From Schmidtea nova (lineage: Eukaryota): a stretch of 43,205 nucleotides of DNA. The notes beneath the pieces were generated by a model. It was not told where the DNA came from and did no database searches. It saw only the letters and a list, made by a program, of their open reading frames with translations. Shown in pieces: positions 10,635 through 22,870 of this stretch (its first letter is position 1; each line of letters opens with the position of its first letter). The stretch is taken from contig CM097883.1 of the NCBI GenBank assembly GCA_044892505.1, positions 408,352,796-408,396,000 on the forward strand, given 5' to 3'. Made by a program: the position numbers and the translations under genes.

Positions 10635-11510
10635 ACCACGAAATTACGAAAAAATGAATTAAATTAGGAAAAGAAAGAATTAATTCGAAAAATAAATCAA
10701 AAATTAATCAAAAATTATTAAATATGAAAATGAATAGAACATTTATTAAAAATATAAAAGCCTATAATAATTGGATAATCAAACCAATTAAAAGCACAGA
10801 TCGGTTCTGATTGGCTGATTGAACGCAAAAATTACTATATAAAGGACGCTCAATCAGCTGTTTTATAAAAATAAACAGCACGTTTTAAAATCACTTTTAG
10901 ACACAGTTTTAAGCACTTTTAGCCGTTATAAAATTCAAACAACGAAATTACGAAAAGAAATTAAATTACGAAAAGAAAGAATTAATTCGAAAAATAAATC
11001 AAAAATTAATAAAATATGAAAATGAATAGAACATTTATTAAAAATATAAAAGCCTATAATAATTAGATAATCAAACCAATTAAAAGCACAGATCGGTTCT
11101 GATTGGCTGATTGAACGCAAAAATTACTATATAATGGACGCTCAATCAGCTGTTTTATAAAAATAAACAGCACGTTTTAAAATCACTTTTAGACACAGTT
11201 TTAAGCACTTTTAGCCGTTATAAAATTCAAACAACGAAATTACGAAAAGAAATTAAATTACGAAAAGAAAGAATTAATTCGAAAAATAAATCAAAAATTA
11301 ATAAAATATGAAAATGAATAGAACATTTATTAAAAATATAAAAGCCTATAATAATTGGATAATCAAACCAATTAAAAGCACAGATCGGTTCTGATTGGCT
11401 GATTGAACGCAAAAATTACTATATAAAGGACGCTCAATCAGCTGTTTTATAAAAATAAACAACACGTTTTAAAATCACTTTTAGATACAGTTTTAAGCAC
11501 TTTTAGCCGT
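10635..11510 (+). repeat. About three tandem 292-bp units, each carrying the CCAAT/TATA module (LTR B)
   Basis: Units at 10927-11218 and 11219-11510 plus a diverged upstream copy; CTGATTGGC...TATATAA in each. Confidence 0.9.
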
Positions 11511-11560
11511 TACTATCAATAACCTAATTTCAACCGTTAGCTACCCACTGTGAGAAATTT

Positions 11561-11609
<49 letters not shown>

Positions 11610-13084
11610 CGTTTTCATTTGTGTTCATTCGTGATCTTCATATATAGAATTTTTCTTGAGGTTGCGGACGGCCCACAAGTTCGCCAACTTCACTGCGACT
11701 CGTCCATTAGACTTGCCTTTAGTGTAGAACGAAAGGAGGAATTTTCGGATTTTTCGAGTTAATGATTTATTCCATGGAGGTGTTCGTGGTTTGGTGTTCC
11801 TATGGTGACAGATGTATTGAGAATTTAAATAAACGTGTGAGCTAGAAAATTACAAAAATTAGCTCAATCGTAATAATTTCAGTTAAATCCAAAACCTTTG
11901 AGAAAGGATTAAAATTCCATGTAAATCAGACAGAAGTGAATCTTTGTAAAATAGATAATTCCGAGTTGATAGTAAATGTCGGATAATTTCGTAATTGACA
12001 AAATATTTATTCCCATTAAAATTTTAGCAATGACAAATTTGATTGTTCGTCGGAATTGTAATTAATATTGTTAAATATTGTCATAAGGCCGATGAGCATA
12101 AAAATAAACCAACGAAATTAGCGGAAAATTGATACTAAATGTTATTAAATAAATTAAATTAAATAAACAGCATAATAAAGCTGGAACATTTTATTTGTTA
12201 TATGCATATACGAATCTAAAACAAAAAAATAGTTTGAACAACATTTAATAATAACTAAACGAAAATCAAATACAAATCTAAATAAATTTATAAATGTTTG
12301 TAAAACTTCTCTAAAGCTGTATTCCTTTTTGTCATTGGGATTTCATTTCCATCTAGTTCCTATAACTGTGATAGAGCTAATATCACTAAATGCCGATAAT
12401 TGAAAATTTTTGCGATGGGGTTTTGAAGAAGGCTTAAGCTTCTCAACTTGAAATATATTTTTAATGGATAAATATCTTTAGGATTCTCTATTTTATTAAA
12501 ATCCAAATTTTATATCACCATATTTCGGAGAGAGAGAGAGGCTAGTTGTAGATAAAATCGTTTTGACTCCCCTGCATCTATAATTTCAAGGTTTTTGTTT
12601 TTCTTAATTCTGCTTTTTCTAATTATGATTTTTTCCAGTCATCCAGTTTGTTGATCCCCAAAGATGGTCTGTGGTTTTTTCCTGTAGACGTTGTAAAATT
12701 GTTTGATGTCATCGTATCTAGAACAAATCTTTGTAATAAAATTAATCTATCAAAGATAATTCATAAAGATTATATACTAACTCTGTAAAATGAATACGTT
12801 TAATAATCTGATAATCAAGACTCTTTGGTGTTACTAAATATTTATAATCTAATAATATTTCATCAGTATCTTATTGCTTAAATTTCCTATAATTTATACC
12901 ATTTCAATTTCACCTTTTTTTTCTTTCAATTTTACCTTTTTTTCTTTCAATTTCACTTTTTTTCTTTCAATTTTTTTCTTTCTTTCATTCAATTTTTTTC
13001 TTTCTTTTTCTATTTCTTTCTATTTCAACACATTTCAAATATTTTAAAAATCAAAAAATTGACTATCGAATTTATTGATGATTA

Positions 13085-13620
13085 AGGCAGACCAGCCGCA
13101 CAGTTTGTAATGTTATGAAATACCCTGCAAAATCTGCTGCGGTAACATTCTCTACTTCCGACAAAATAAGTTCGGAAAGTTCATTTGATTCGGCCATTCG
13201 TAACCGAGAAAGTGTTTTCAATTGAACGTGTAACCAAATTCTTCTGTAATTCTTTGAAGTTCGTCTCTTTTATGAACTCTAGCATCGTCAAGAATCAAAC
13301 ATACTTATTCCATATTTAGGTTATTACGTTTTTATAATAGGACCGACTTTCCATTTTTAACAATCAAAAACAAATTATATTTATGATTATTATTAATATA
13401 ATTCTGAAATAAGGTAATAAATAATAAAGGTAGTCAAATTTACTTGGATTACATATTTCTTTCGAATAATATGGTAAATATAATATGAAAGTATTGTCAA
13501 GAATCAAACATACTTCTTCCATATTTAGGTTATTACTTAAATATTGGCACAATTCCAAAAGCATTTATTGTAGAATTTGTGATGTTTTTACAAAAACACA
13601 TCTGATTTATTGACATACTG
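13085..13620 (-). pseudogene. Tc1/IS630-like DDE transposase relic, duplicate copy 1
   Basis: NVFSEYVLELCQYLSNNLNMEEVCLILDN, VCLILDDARVHK and IENTFS fragments match DDE_3-type motifs; internal partial duplication and deletion. Confidence 0.6.
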
Positions 13621-13893
13621 ACATATCTGACCTACCTCTAATTGTTGGTATACTTATATTTGCTCTTGTTCCTTTGCGTAAAGAATAAATGTCAATTTAA
13701 TATTTTAATAAACTTTAAAAATAAGAATAGATAAAAAACCAACAAATTTGAATTCAAAAAGAAGAAAAAAGGGTGAAATAGAAAGAGAAATGGTATATAA
13801 ACATTATTTGCTATCATGTAAATTTTTATAAATTTAAATATAAAATTATAAAATTAAATATTTTCAAATTTCAAATCACTATTAACAAAAACT

Positions 13894-14446
13894 GGATCAG
13901 AATTAGAAGTTTCCCCACAAAATTAACAGAATTAAAAGTTTCCCCCAGGTAATTTAAAATTACAAATTAAATAAATTGAATTATATATTACAGAAAATAT
14001 TATTATTTTAAATTAAACCAAGTTATATATATATATATAGTAAAAAGGGCGACGCTCTAGTGTATGTCGCCCGAAAATTTTAAATAAAAAAATGAATTTT
14101 AAATTATAATGTAAAACTAACAACATATATTTATTCAAAAATAAACTAAATAAGTATTAACAACAGTAACAATCAGATTTATTCACCGATATCGTACTTC
14201 GAAGCAACCAACCGCCTAAATATAATCAAAATATCCTCTTTGTCAACATTTTGTCTTGAAAGCCACAATCGAAAATCCAGAAAATTAATCTTTTGTTCAA
14301 TACTCATTCCTCGCCTTTTCCTCATGTCTACCTTAATGTTTCCCCACCGTCCTTCCATTTTATTGGTATGGACATTGGTTACTGGATCTTTGAACCAGAG
14401 CTTGTGATTAACGGACAAATGTATATAATTTTGATTTTCCAAATTT
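13894..14446 (-). mobile_element. Duplicated left ends of the TIR element and Merlin, with the transposase C-terminus (14179-14446)
   Basis: Identical to 17464-18010; Merlin TIR starts at 14048; truncated at the duplication junction. Confidence 0.85.
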
Positions 14447-14496
14447 AGCACGTTTTAAAATCACTTTTAGACACAGTTTTAAGCACTTTTAGCCGT

Positions 14497-15060
14497 TATA
14501 AAATTCAAACAACGAAATTACGAAAAGAAAGAATTAATTCGAAAAATAAATCAAAAATTAATAAAATATGAAAATGAATAGAACATTTATTAAAAATATA
14601 AAAGCCTATAATAATTGGATAATCAAACCAATTAAAAGCACAGATCGGTTCTGATTGGCTGATTGAACGCAAAAATTACTATATAAAGGACGCTCAATCA
14701 GCTGTTTTATAAAAATAAACAGCACGTTTTAAAATCACTTTTAGACACAGTTTTAAGCACTTTTAGCCGTTATAAAATTCAAACAACGAAATTACGAAAA
14801 GAAAATAAATTACGAAAAGAAAGAATTAATTCGAAAAATAAATCAAAAATTAATAAAATATGAAAATGAATAGAACATTTATTAAAAATATAAAAGCCTA
14901 TAATAATTGGATAATCAAACCAATTAAAAGCACAGATCGGTTCTGATTGGCTGATTGAACGCAAAAATTACTATATAAAGGACGCTCAATCAGCTGTTTT
15001 ATAAAAATAAACAGCACGTTTTAAAATCACTTTTAGATACAGTTTTAAACACTTTTAGCC
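14497..15060 (+). repeat. Second array of 292-bp promoter-bearing units (one shortened, one full)
   Basis: Copies of 10927-11510. Confidence 0.9.
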
Positions 15061-15112
15061 GTCACTATCAATAACCTAATTTCAACCGTTAGCTACCCAC
15101 TGTGAGAAATTT

Positions 15113-15161
<49 letters not shown>

Positions 15162-16635
15162 CGTTTTCATTTGTGTTCATTCGTGATCTTCATATATAGA
15201 ATTTTTCTTGAGGTTGCGGACGGCCCACAAGTTCGCCAACTTCACTGCGACTCGTCCATTAGACTTGCCTTTAGTGTAGAACGAAAGGAGGAATTTTCGG
15301 ATTTTTCGAGTTAATGATTTATTCCATGGAGGTGTTCGTGGTTTGGTGTTCCTATGGTGACAGATGTATTGAGAATTTAAATAAACGTGTGAGCTAGAAA
15401 ATTACAAAAATTAGCTCAATCGTATTAATTTCAGTTAAATCCAAAACCTTTGAGAAAGGATTAAAATTCCATGTAAATCAGACAGAAGTGAATCTTTGTA
15501 AAATAGATAATTCCAAGTTGATAGTAAATGTCGGATATATTCGTAATTGACAAAATATTTATTCCCATTAAAATTTTAGCAATGACAAATTTGATTGTTC
15601 GTCGGAATTGTAATTAATATTGTTAAATATTGTCATAAGGCCGATGAGCATAAAAATAAACCAACGAAATTAGCGGAAAATTGATACTAAATGTTATTAA
15701 ATAAATTAAATTAAATAAACAGCATAATAAAGCTGGAACATTTTATTTGTTATATGCATTAACATATCTCAAACAAAAAAATAGTTTGAACAACATTTAA
15801 TAATAACTAAACGAAAATCAAATACAAATCTAAATAAATTTATAAATGTTTGTAAAACTTCTCTAAAGCTGTATTCCTTTTTGTCATTGGGATTTCATTT
15901 CCATCTAGTTCCTATAACTGTGATAGAGCTAATATCACTAAATGCCGATAATTGAAAATTTTTGCGATGGGGTTTTGAAGAAGGCTTAAGCTTCTCAACT
16001 TGAAATATATTTTTAATGGATAAATATCTTTAGGATTCTCTATTTTATTAAAATCCAAATTTTATATCACCATATTTCGGAGAGAGAGAGAGGCTAGTTG
16101 TAGATAAAATCGTTTTGACTCCCCTGCATCTATAATTTCAAGGTTTTTGTTTTTCTTAATTCTGCTTTTTCTAATTATGATTTTTTCCAGTCATCCAGTT
16201 TGTTGATCCCCAAAGATGGTCTGTGGTTTTTTCCTGTAGACGTTGTAAAATTGTTTGATGTCATCGTATCTAGAACAAATCTTTGTAATAAAATTAATCT
16301 ATCAAAGATAATTCATAAAGATTATATACTAACTCTGTAAAATGAATACGTTTAATAATCTGATAATCAAGACTCTTTGGTGTTACTAAATATTTATAAT
16401 CTAATAATATTTCATCAGTATCTTATTGCTTAAATTTCCTATAATTTATACCATTTCAATTTCACCTTTTTTTCTTTCAATTTTACCTTTTTTTCTTTCA
16501 ATTTCACTTTTTTTCTTTCAATTTTTTTCTTTCTTTCATTCAATTTTTTTCTTTCTTTTTCTATTTCTTTCTATTTCAACACATTTCAAATATTTTAAAA
16601 ATCAAAAAATTGACTATCGAATTTATTGATGATTA

Positions 16636-17190
16636 AGGCAGACCAGCCGCACAGTTTGTAATGTTATGAAATACCCTGCAAAATCTGCTGCGGTAACATT
16701 CTCTACTTCCGACAAAATAAGTTCGGAAAGTTCATTTGATTCGGCCATTCGTAACCGAGAAAGTGTTTTCAATTGAACGTGTAACCAAATTCTTCTGTAA
16801 TTCTTTGAAGTTCGTCTCTTTTATGAACTCTAGCATCGTCAAGAATCAAACATACTTATTCCATATTTAGGTTATTACGTTTTTATAATAGGACCGACTT
16901 TCCATTTTTAACAATCAAAAACAAATTATATTTATGATTATTATTAATATAATTCTGAAATAAGGTAATAAATAATAAAGGTAGTCAAATTTACTTGGAT
17001 TACATATTTCTTTCGAATAATATGGTAAATATAATATGAAAGTATTGTCAAGAATCAAACATACTTCTTCCATATTTAGGTTATTACTTAAATATTGGCA
17101 CAATTCCAAAACATACTCCGAAAATACATTGGCATTTATTGTAGAATTTGTGATGTTTTTACAAAAACACATCTGATTTATTGACATACT
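16636..17190 (-). pseudogene. Tc1/IS630-like DDE transposase relic, duplicate copy 2
   Basis: Paralog of 13085-13620; retains a short segment deleted in copy 1. Confidence 0.6.
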
Positions 17191-17742
17191 GACATATCTG
17201 ACCTACCTCTAATTGTTGGTATACTTATATTTGCTCTTGTTCCTTTGCGTAAAGAATAAATGTCAATTTAATATTTTAATAAACTTTAAAAATAAGAATA
17301 GATAAAAAACCAACAAATTTGAATTCAAAAAGAAGAAAAAAGGGTGAAATAAAATAGAAATGGTATATAAACATTATTTGCTATCATGTAAATTTTTATA
17401 AATTTAAATATAAAATTATAAAATTAAATATTTTCAAATTTCAAATCACTATTAACAAAAACTGGATCAGAATTAGAAGTTTCCCCACAAAATTAACAGA
17501 ATTAAAAGTTTCCCCCAGGTAATTTAAAATTACAAATTAAATAAATTGAATTATATATTACAGAAAATATTATTATTTTAAATTAAACCAAGTTATATAT
17601 AAAGTAAAAAGGGCGACGCTCTAGTGTATGTCGCCCGAAAATTTTAAATAAAAAAATGAATTTTAAATTATAATGTAAAACTAACAACATATATTTATTC
17701 AAAAATAAACTAAATAAGTATTAACAACAGTAACAATCAGAT

Positions 17743-18603
17743 TTATTCACCGATATCGTACTTCGAAGCAACCAACCGCCTAAATATAATCAAAATATCC
17801 TCTTTGTCAACATTTTGTCTTGAAAGCCACAATCGAAAATCCAGAAAATTAATCTTTTGTTCAATACTCATTCCTCGCCTTTTCCTCATGTCCACCTTAA
17901 TGTTTCCCCACCGTCCTTCCATTTTATTGGTATAGACATTGGTTACTGGATCTTTGAACCAGAGCTTGTGATTAACGGACAAATGTATATAATTTTGATT
18001 TTCCAAATTTTCAAGGTTATAAGTTTCCTTCCAATAAGCGGGCCACCTATCACTGTAAATAATGCTGTTCGGCTTAACAAATTTCTCAATTAAAGCAATT
18101 AGTGTTTCTCGGCTTCGCTCAAGCACAATTTGTCCAAACCATTTTTTGGTACCTCGTTCGGTTCCTCCAAATAGCCATATTTCAGGATAGCGTCTTCCGC
18201 GATAATATTTCCATTTTTTTGAAATCAAAGTTTCGTCAATTTCTACTATTACGCCATTAGGACCGTCCGACATTTCAAGTAAAGATTCCGAGCACACCTC
18301 ATACAAGAAATTATTCCAATCAGAAATTGTTTGGTTAGCCATGCCAATCATAGACTGTATCCTGTTTGTGGGAATATCTCGCAGTCAAAAATACGTGAAT
18401 AATACCAGTTTTTTGAGTGGCATTCTGCTTTTTTCAAAAAAAACTGTCTTTGCGAATAGAAACTTGACTGCATTTCCTCGGACATTGAAAAACAAAACCG
18501 TCACTAGTTTGTGCCCTCTTTATCAAGGACATGTTACTTCCACAGCGACAAATTTTTGTCGTTGCAATTAGGTGGTGCGTTTGAAGATAGCGAATTATAC
18601 GTT
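17743..18603 (-). pseudogene. Merlin transposase with one frameshift and one stop upstream of the 202-aa open part
   Basis: VEIDETLISKKWKYYRGR, WLFGGTER, IYSDRWPAY, VNHKLWFKDP, TNKMEGRW; N-terminal CRCGSNM...FQCPRKC..SIRKDSFF/EKSRMPL. Confidence 0.9.
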
Positions 18604-18631
18604 CATTTTTTTTATTTTAAATTATTTAAAA

Positions 18632-18660
18632 CTAGCTGTTGTACCCGGCGTTGCCCGGGT
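18632..18660 (-). mobile_element. Helitron 3' terminus (hairpin plus CTAG|T)
   Basis: Minus strand ACCCGG-GCAACG-CCGGGT hairpin, then ACAACAG and CTAG followed by T; canonical Helitron end. The 5' TC end was not identified. Confidence 0.7.
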
Positions 18661-18664
18661 TTTT

Positions 18665-19640
18665 TTACTGTGTCACAACTCCAGGATTCTTGCTGTCTTT
18701 TGCTTTGGCAAACCTGTAAGCTGCTATTAATAAACTAAAAAAATGTTCATGGTTTTGATTTGCATGAGCTATTTTGATATGTCTGTTAAAATGATTTTTT
18801 CTTGAAAAACTGTTGTGGCAAATATGACACTGAAATCTTTGTTGCTTTTCATGCACTGTTTTTGTATGTGAAAGCAGATTATTTCTTTTTCCAAATGTGA
18901 TTTTGCAGATTGAACATTCAAATGTCTTTTGTTTTTCATGCACTATTTTTGTGTGTGAAAGAAGATTACTTCTCTTTCCAAATGTTTTTTTGCAGACTTG
19001 ACATTCAAATGTCTTTTGTTTTTCATGTACTGACTTTATGTGTGAAAGAAGATTGTCTTTTCTTCCAAATTTTTGGTTACAGATTGAACACTCAACAGGT
19101 TTTTGTTCTTTGTGAATTGCTTTGGTGTGGTTTAGAATACGTTTTTCTCTTTCCAAGCCTGTATTGCTACTTTTACGTTTCAAAATTTGGTTATGATCTT
19201 TTATCTGCTGATCACTGTAATTTGTAGAATCCTGAAAACAAATAGAAGTTTAATTTTTTTTTAATAAGTACAAAGTGAAACGTGCAATATAGGCATCTAA
19301 AAAATACAACTAAAAAGAGAGTCAATTTGGTCCTGGTAATTTGAATTAGACTTTTTGATATTTTCAACTCTTTTTAATAAAAACTATAAAGACTTTCAAA
19401 TCATTTTTTTAATTGTTTATCCATTAAAGGTTTTCTAAATCATCAGCGTTAAAGTTTTTTTGTCACTTTCGTTGAGTTAAAACTATTAAGAACTTTTTTA
19501 CAATATTTTGCACTAACTTTTTCTAGCTTTTTACGAATTTTATTTGTTAGAAACTTTTCAACAAAACCAAACAAAACACTTGGTCACATAAATTTTTTAA
19601 AACATACAAACAAACAACTAAAATTTAAAAATCTTACCAT
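18665..19640 (-). CDS. C2H2 zinc-finger gene (four full fingers plus a half finger), probably two exons
   Basis: Four CxxC-x12-HxxxxH repeats with HEKQKTFEC linkers. ATG at 19640-19638 is followed by GTAAG; acceptor TTTTCAG at 19232; exon 2 from 19231 is in frame (M|DSTNYSDQQ...). Confidence 0.75.
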
Positions 19641-20504
19641 GATTTTGTTGATGAATCTTCACAAAATAATAAGTAATAGCTTTGCGTCGTAATAACAGTA
19701 AATAAAAAACAAAATATTAAATGGAAATAATTAAATGAAAAGTAATTAAATTAAATTAATTCCATTGAAAAATGCGGCCAGAATAAAAATTCCTAATAAA
19801 TTAAATTAATTAAATCAATCTATGAAAAATCCCTGCTGCTGCTGCTACCATTTTTTGGTCTGACCTCCGCTTTTATATATGTAGATTTTCGGGCGACATA
19901 CACTAGAGCGTCGCCGTAAAAAGAGTTATTTTGTCTAAAGTAATCAAAGAAAGACGTAAAAATCAATTCTAATATTTAACAATAAACATAAAAATAAAAA
20001 GTATTTAAAATATATAAAATTTATGAAAAGTACGCTTTAATAATACGCTTAGGAATACATATCGAATCATTGTTAGCTGTTTGCATTTTTGTTTGTGATC
20101 AGTGTGAATATGAAAAAATGTAAATATTAAAACAACGTCTATTAATTTTTACTCCATTTAATAATTACTTAAATTAAATTAATTAATTTAAAAAATAAAA
20201 GAAATTTACAAAATTGAATATTTAATCTAAGGCACTACGATACGCGTTAAAACTTGAAATCAAACACAGGAAAGGAGTTGAAGCAAATTTAAGATGTGCA
20301 TTTCTAAGAGTTTTGCTATTTGTTCAATAACAGATGAAATGTTTTTTACAGTTTTCAATTTGATTTAAGTCTAATTAAATTTTCTTATATTTTATACTTT
20401 CAAATAATTTAAGTTTTAATAATATTTTTATAACTTATTACTCTAATATTTATATTACTCATATAAATATTTATTTATTTTATATTAATATTTATTAAAA
20501 TAAC

Positions 20505-20544
20505 AGAATTAAAAGTTTCCCCACGCGGGGAAACTTTTAATTCT
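20505..20544. repeat. Perfect 18-bp inverted repeat with 4-nt loop
   Basis: AGAATTAAAAGTTTCCCC-ACGC-GGGGAAACTTTTAATTCT; formed by a subterminal repeat abutting the TIR. Confidence 0.9.
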
Positions 20545-21862
20545 CATCCCAAAAACTCGATGCATTTGCAAATATTGTTGTTCATATTTGGGAAAAAATA
20601 ACTAATAATATGAAATAGTGACATAATATTGAAAACTTAGTTCTTTATCATCGAACATTGCAATTATCATCCTATTAACATAAGACAATCATAATAAATA
20701 AAATTAATTTCTTGAAAATTTTTGATTAGTTGAAATGAGAGTTGTTATAGAGGAAAAAATTCTACAATCTGCATAATGAGTAAAATAATAATAATAATAA
20801 TAATAGTCTTTTAGGTAATAAATTTAAATTTAAATATTTTAATAGCAGATTTAATAAGAGTTAATCATTAAAATCTTTAATTTTCGTCACATTTGATCTT
20901 TATTTCAATTTCATGTATCTTCATTTTTAATAAACACTTGATAAATATTGATAAATATCCAAAATATATCCTTTTTGTGCAGTGTTTTCCAACTCTTCCA
21001 ATGAAGCATTCTACAAACTTAGTTTAATGACCTTCGCGTATCCTTTTTTATAAACTTTGGATGTTCATTTTCTACATGCAGGAAGGTGTCTTGAAAAATG
21101 TTTTCATAATACGTTACGTGACATTCAGTCACTTCCGAATATTTAGATATATTTAATTTATAATCGATATTTTGAAAGTGAAAAAACCAAAAACAATTAC
21201 ATTATTTATTTATCATTCCATGAGAAAATTATCAGCATATCATTTTTACCAAGTTATCTATCTCTTTATCTGTTTTATCGTTTGGTTAGAGATTTGTTAC
21301 CACGAACGATTCAAACAACATCGATAAACTTCTAAATAGTTGGATGCTGAACTCGAGTAAACTTTCATTTTACAATTGATGCTTTGGAGTAGAATTACAT
21401 AATTCCTTCACAACTTCCGATGTGCGCATTGCACGTATTATTTTTCGCTAATATAAATCTAGTTGTTTTTTAGTAAGTTAACTTATCTTTTTTATACTTC
21501 ATGGAAGTGATTAATCATCTCTTATTTTCGAAAACCATCTCGGTGATATCTAAGTAAAATGTAATTAATTTTATTATCAAAGTCTAATCTGACCGCTATT
21601 ACGGCTTTCGAATTCGCCGATTTTTGTTGTTCTATCGAAATGATTAATGTCGTCAACAAAATTTTAATTAATTAATTAGTTTGTATTTTTGTAATAAAAT
21701 TGTCATAAAATTCTTCATTAGTCTATAACTATTATATTTTTCTAAAACTTTTTATTTGCTACCAGCTTATAGCTTCATCTCGAACAATATTACTGTTTCA
21801 GCCAAAGTTTGCTTGTAGTTTCCTGGTAATGGAATTAATGGATTTTTGATAAACCTGAATTA

Positions 21863-22870
21863 TAATTGATTTTCTAGATATTCTAGAATTGTTTTAATAA
21901 TCCAATTTATTTGGATTTTTGGGAATTTTTTGAAATTTTTTGAAATGGTTTTTTAATTTTGATTGGTGATTTGAATTTATTGGAATTGATTTCAAAAAAT
22001 ACGATGAGTGAATATAAAGGTATGAAGTGTGAGAATATTATGCGTTCTGCAAATTGCTTCTCTTCGAAAAAGGTGTTATCATGTGTTTTGCCATCAATGT
22101 TTATAGAATGTATACCTGACCAAATAACTAGAAAATGCTTAACATTAAATTGTCCAATGATGAAAGTTGTTGAAAACGATAATGTGATATTTCATTGTGA
22201 ATATTGTGATCAATCAAACTGTTTGAGATGCAATAAAAGGTATTATCCAAATCAACGTGGGCTCAACATTACAGAATTATCGATGAAATTTTGGGAAGTT
22301 GGGAGAGGCGAAATATTAGACAGAAATGAGCCATTATTGACATTAAACGAGAAAGGATTTGTTCTACTTCCAATACAATATGATGACATTCATGCAACAT
22401 TTCAAATGATGGCATCTAAATTCTATATTCCACAGCGATCTGGAACTGAAACCTTTTCTCTGGATAGTTTGCCGATCGCTGAGCAGTGTATTGTCGAACT
22501 CATCTTATCGTATTGGAGTTTGTCTTCAGAGCAAAGCTTGACATTAAAGCTCAATAACGACATCAAGATCCCTGAAGCGCGCTGGTTTTCTGGATCTCAA
22601 ACCAATGGCCAAACAAATCACAGAGAGCCTCTTTCTATTCTTTTACGTGGTGTTCATTACAAACAACAATTTAGTGATTACAAATTTTCAGCTAAAAATT
22701 CTGAATTCAACTTAAAATTCCCCCAATTTTTAATGAATAGCCCGAATCCAAATTTCCAAGTTGGAACCAATTAATAATCGAATAAATCTCCAAAAATCAT
22801 TCAAAATAATCCAAAAAATCCAAACACCAATTGGATTATTAAAACAATCCCGATTTTCAGAAATCAATTA
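21863..22870. repeat. Imperfect ca.60-bp inverted repeats flanking the 271-aa ORF
   Basis: Perfect 20-bp core ATTGTTTTAATAATCCAATT (21888-21907) vs 22829-22848, with flanking partial matches; no TSD found. Confidence 0.65.
21959..22774 (+). CDS. Intronless ORF with an IBR-like (RBR E3 ligase) Cys cluster fused to an unknown region; likely ATG at 22004
   Basis: CLTLNC...ENDNVIFHCEYCDQSNCLRC resembles the IBR of HOIL-1/RBCK1-type proteins (C.T..C.....F.C..C...NCL.C); terminal His/Cys ligands appear to be missing. Confidence 0.55.
   Translation: MIGDLNLLELISKNTMSEYKGMKCENIMRSANCFSSKKVLSCVLPSMFIECIPDQITRKCLTLNCPMMKVVENDNVIFHCEYCDQSNCLRCNKRYYPNQRGLNITELSMKFWEVGRGEILDRNEPLLTLNEKGFVLLPIQYDDIHATFQMMASKFYIPQRSGTETFSLDSLPIAEQCIVELILSYWSLSSEQSLTLKLNNDIKIPEARWFSGSQTNGQTNHREPLSILLRGVHYKQQFSDYKFSAKNSEFNLKFPQFLMNSPNPNFQVGTN

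Larger units (their letters stand above)
10877..18010. repeat. Tandem segmental duplication of ca.3.57 kb (10877-14446 and 14447-18010)
   Basis: Near-identical colinear copies; at the junction (14446/14447) the Merlin ORF is fused to AGCACGTTTT of the 292-bp unit. Confidence 0.92.
17612..19915 (-). mobile_element. Merlin (IS1595/ISXO2-like) DNA transposon, 2304 bp
   Basis: Perfect 31-bp TIR GGCGACGCTCTAGTGTATGTCGCCCGAAAAT; 8-bp TSD GTAAAAAG at 17604-17611 and 19916-19923; Merlin-type transposase inside. Confidence 0.92.
17464..20549. mobile_element. Non-autonomous TIR element with 8-bp TSD (Merlin-like ends), ca.774 bp without its insert
   Basis: TIR GGATCAGAATTAGAAGTTTCCCCAC vs reverse complement GGATGAGAATTAAAAGTTTCCCCGC; perfect TSD CAAAAACT at 17456-17463 and 20550-20557. 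Confidence 0.8.

Noticed and set aside
10935-11412. 61-aa ORFs MRSISQSEP... (also 14779-14964) and poly-YI ORFs (11550, 15102, 33981)
   Set aside because: Antisense to A-rich promoter repeats or read through (AT)n; no coding evidence.
12075-12125. Hammerhead-like GTC...CCGATGAG...CGAAA (also CTGATGA at ca.6120)
   Set aside because: Core is CCGATGA rather than CTGATGA and stems II/III do not pair; the 6120 site lacks a paired GAAA.
20950-21860. hAT-like transposase remnants (KIIRAMRTSEVVKEL...)
   Set aside because: Too degenerate; no unambiguous TRWNS or CxxH motif and no TIRs.
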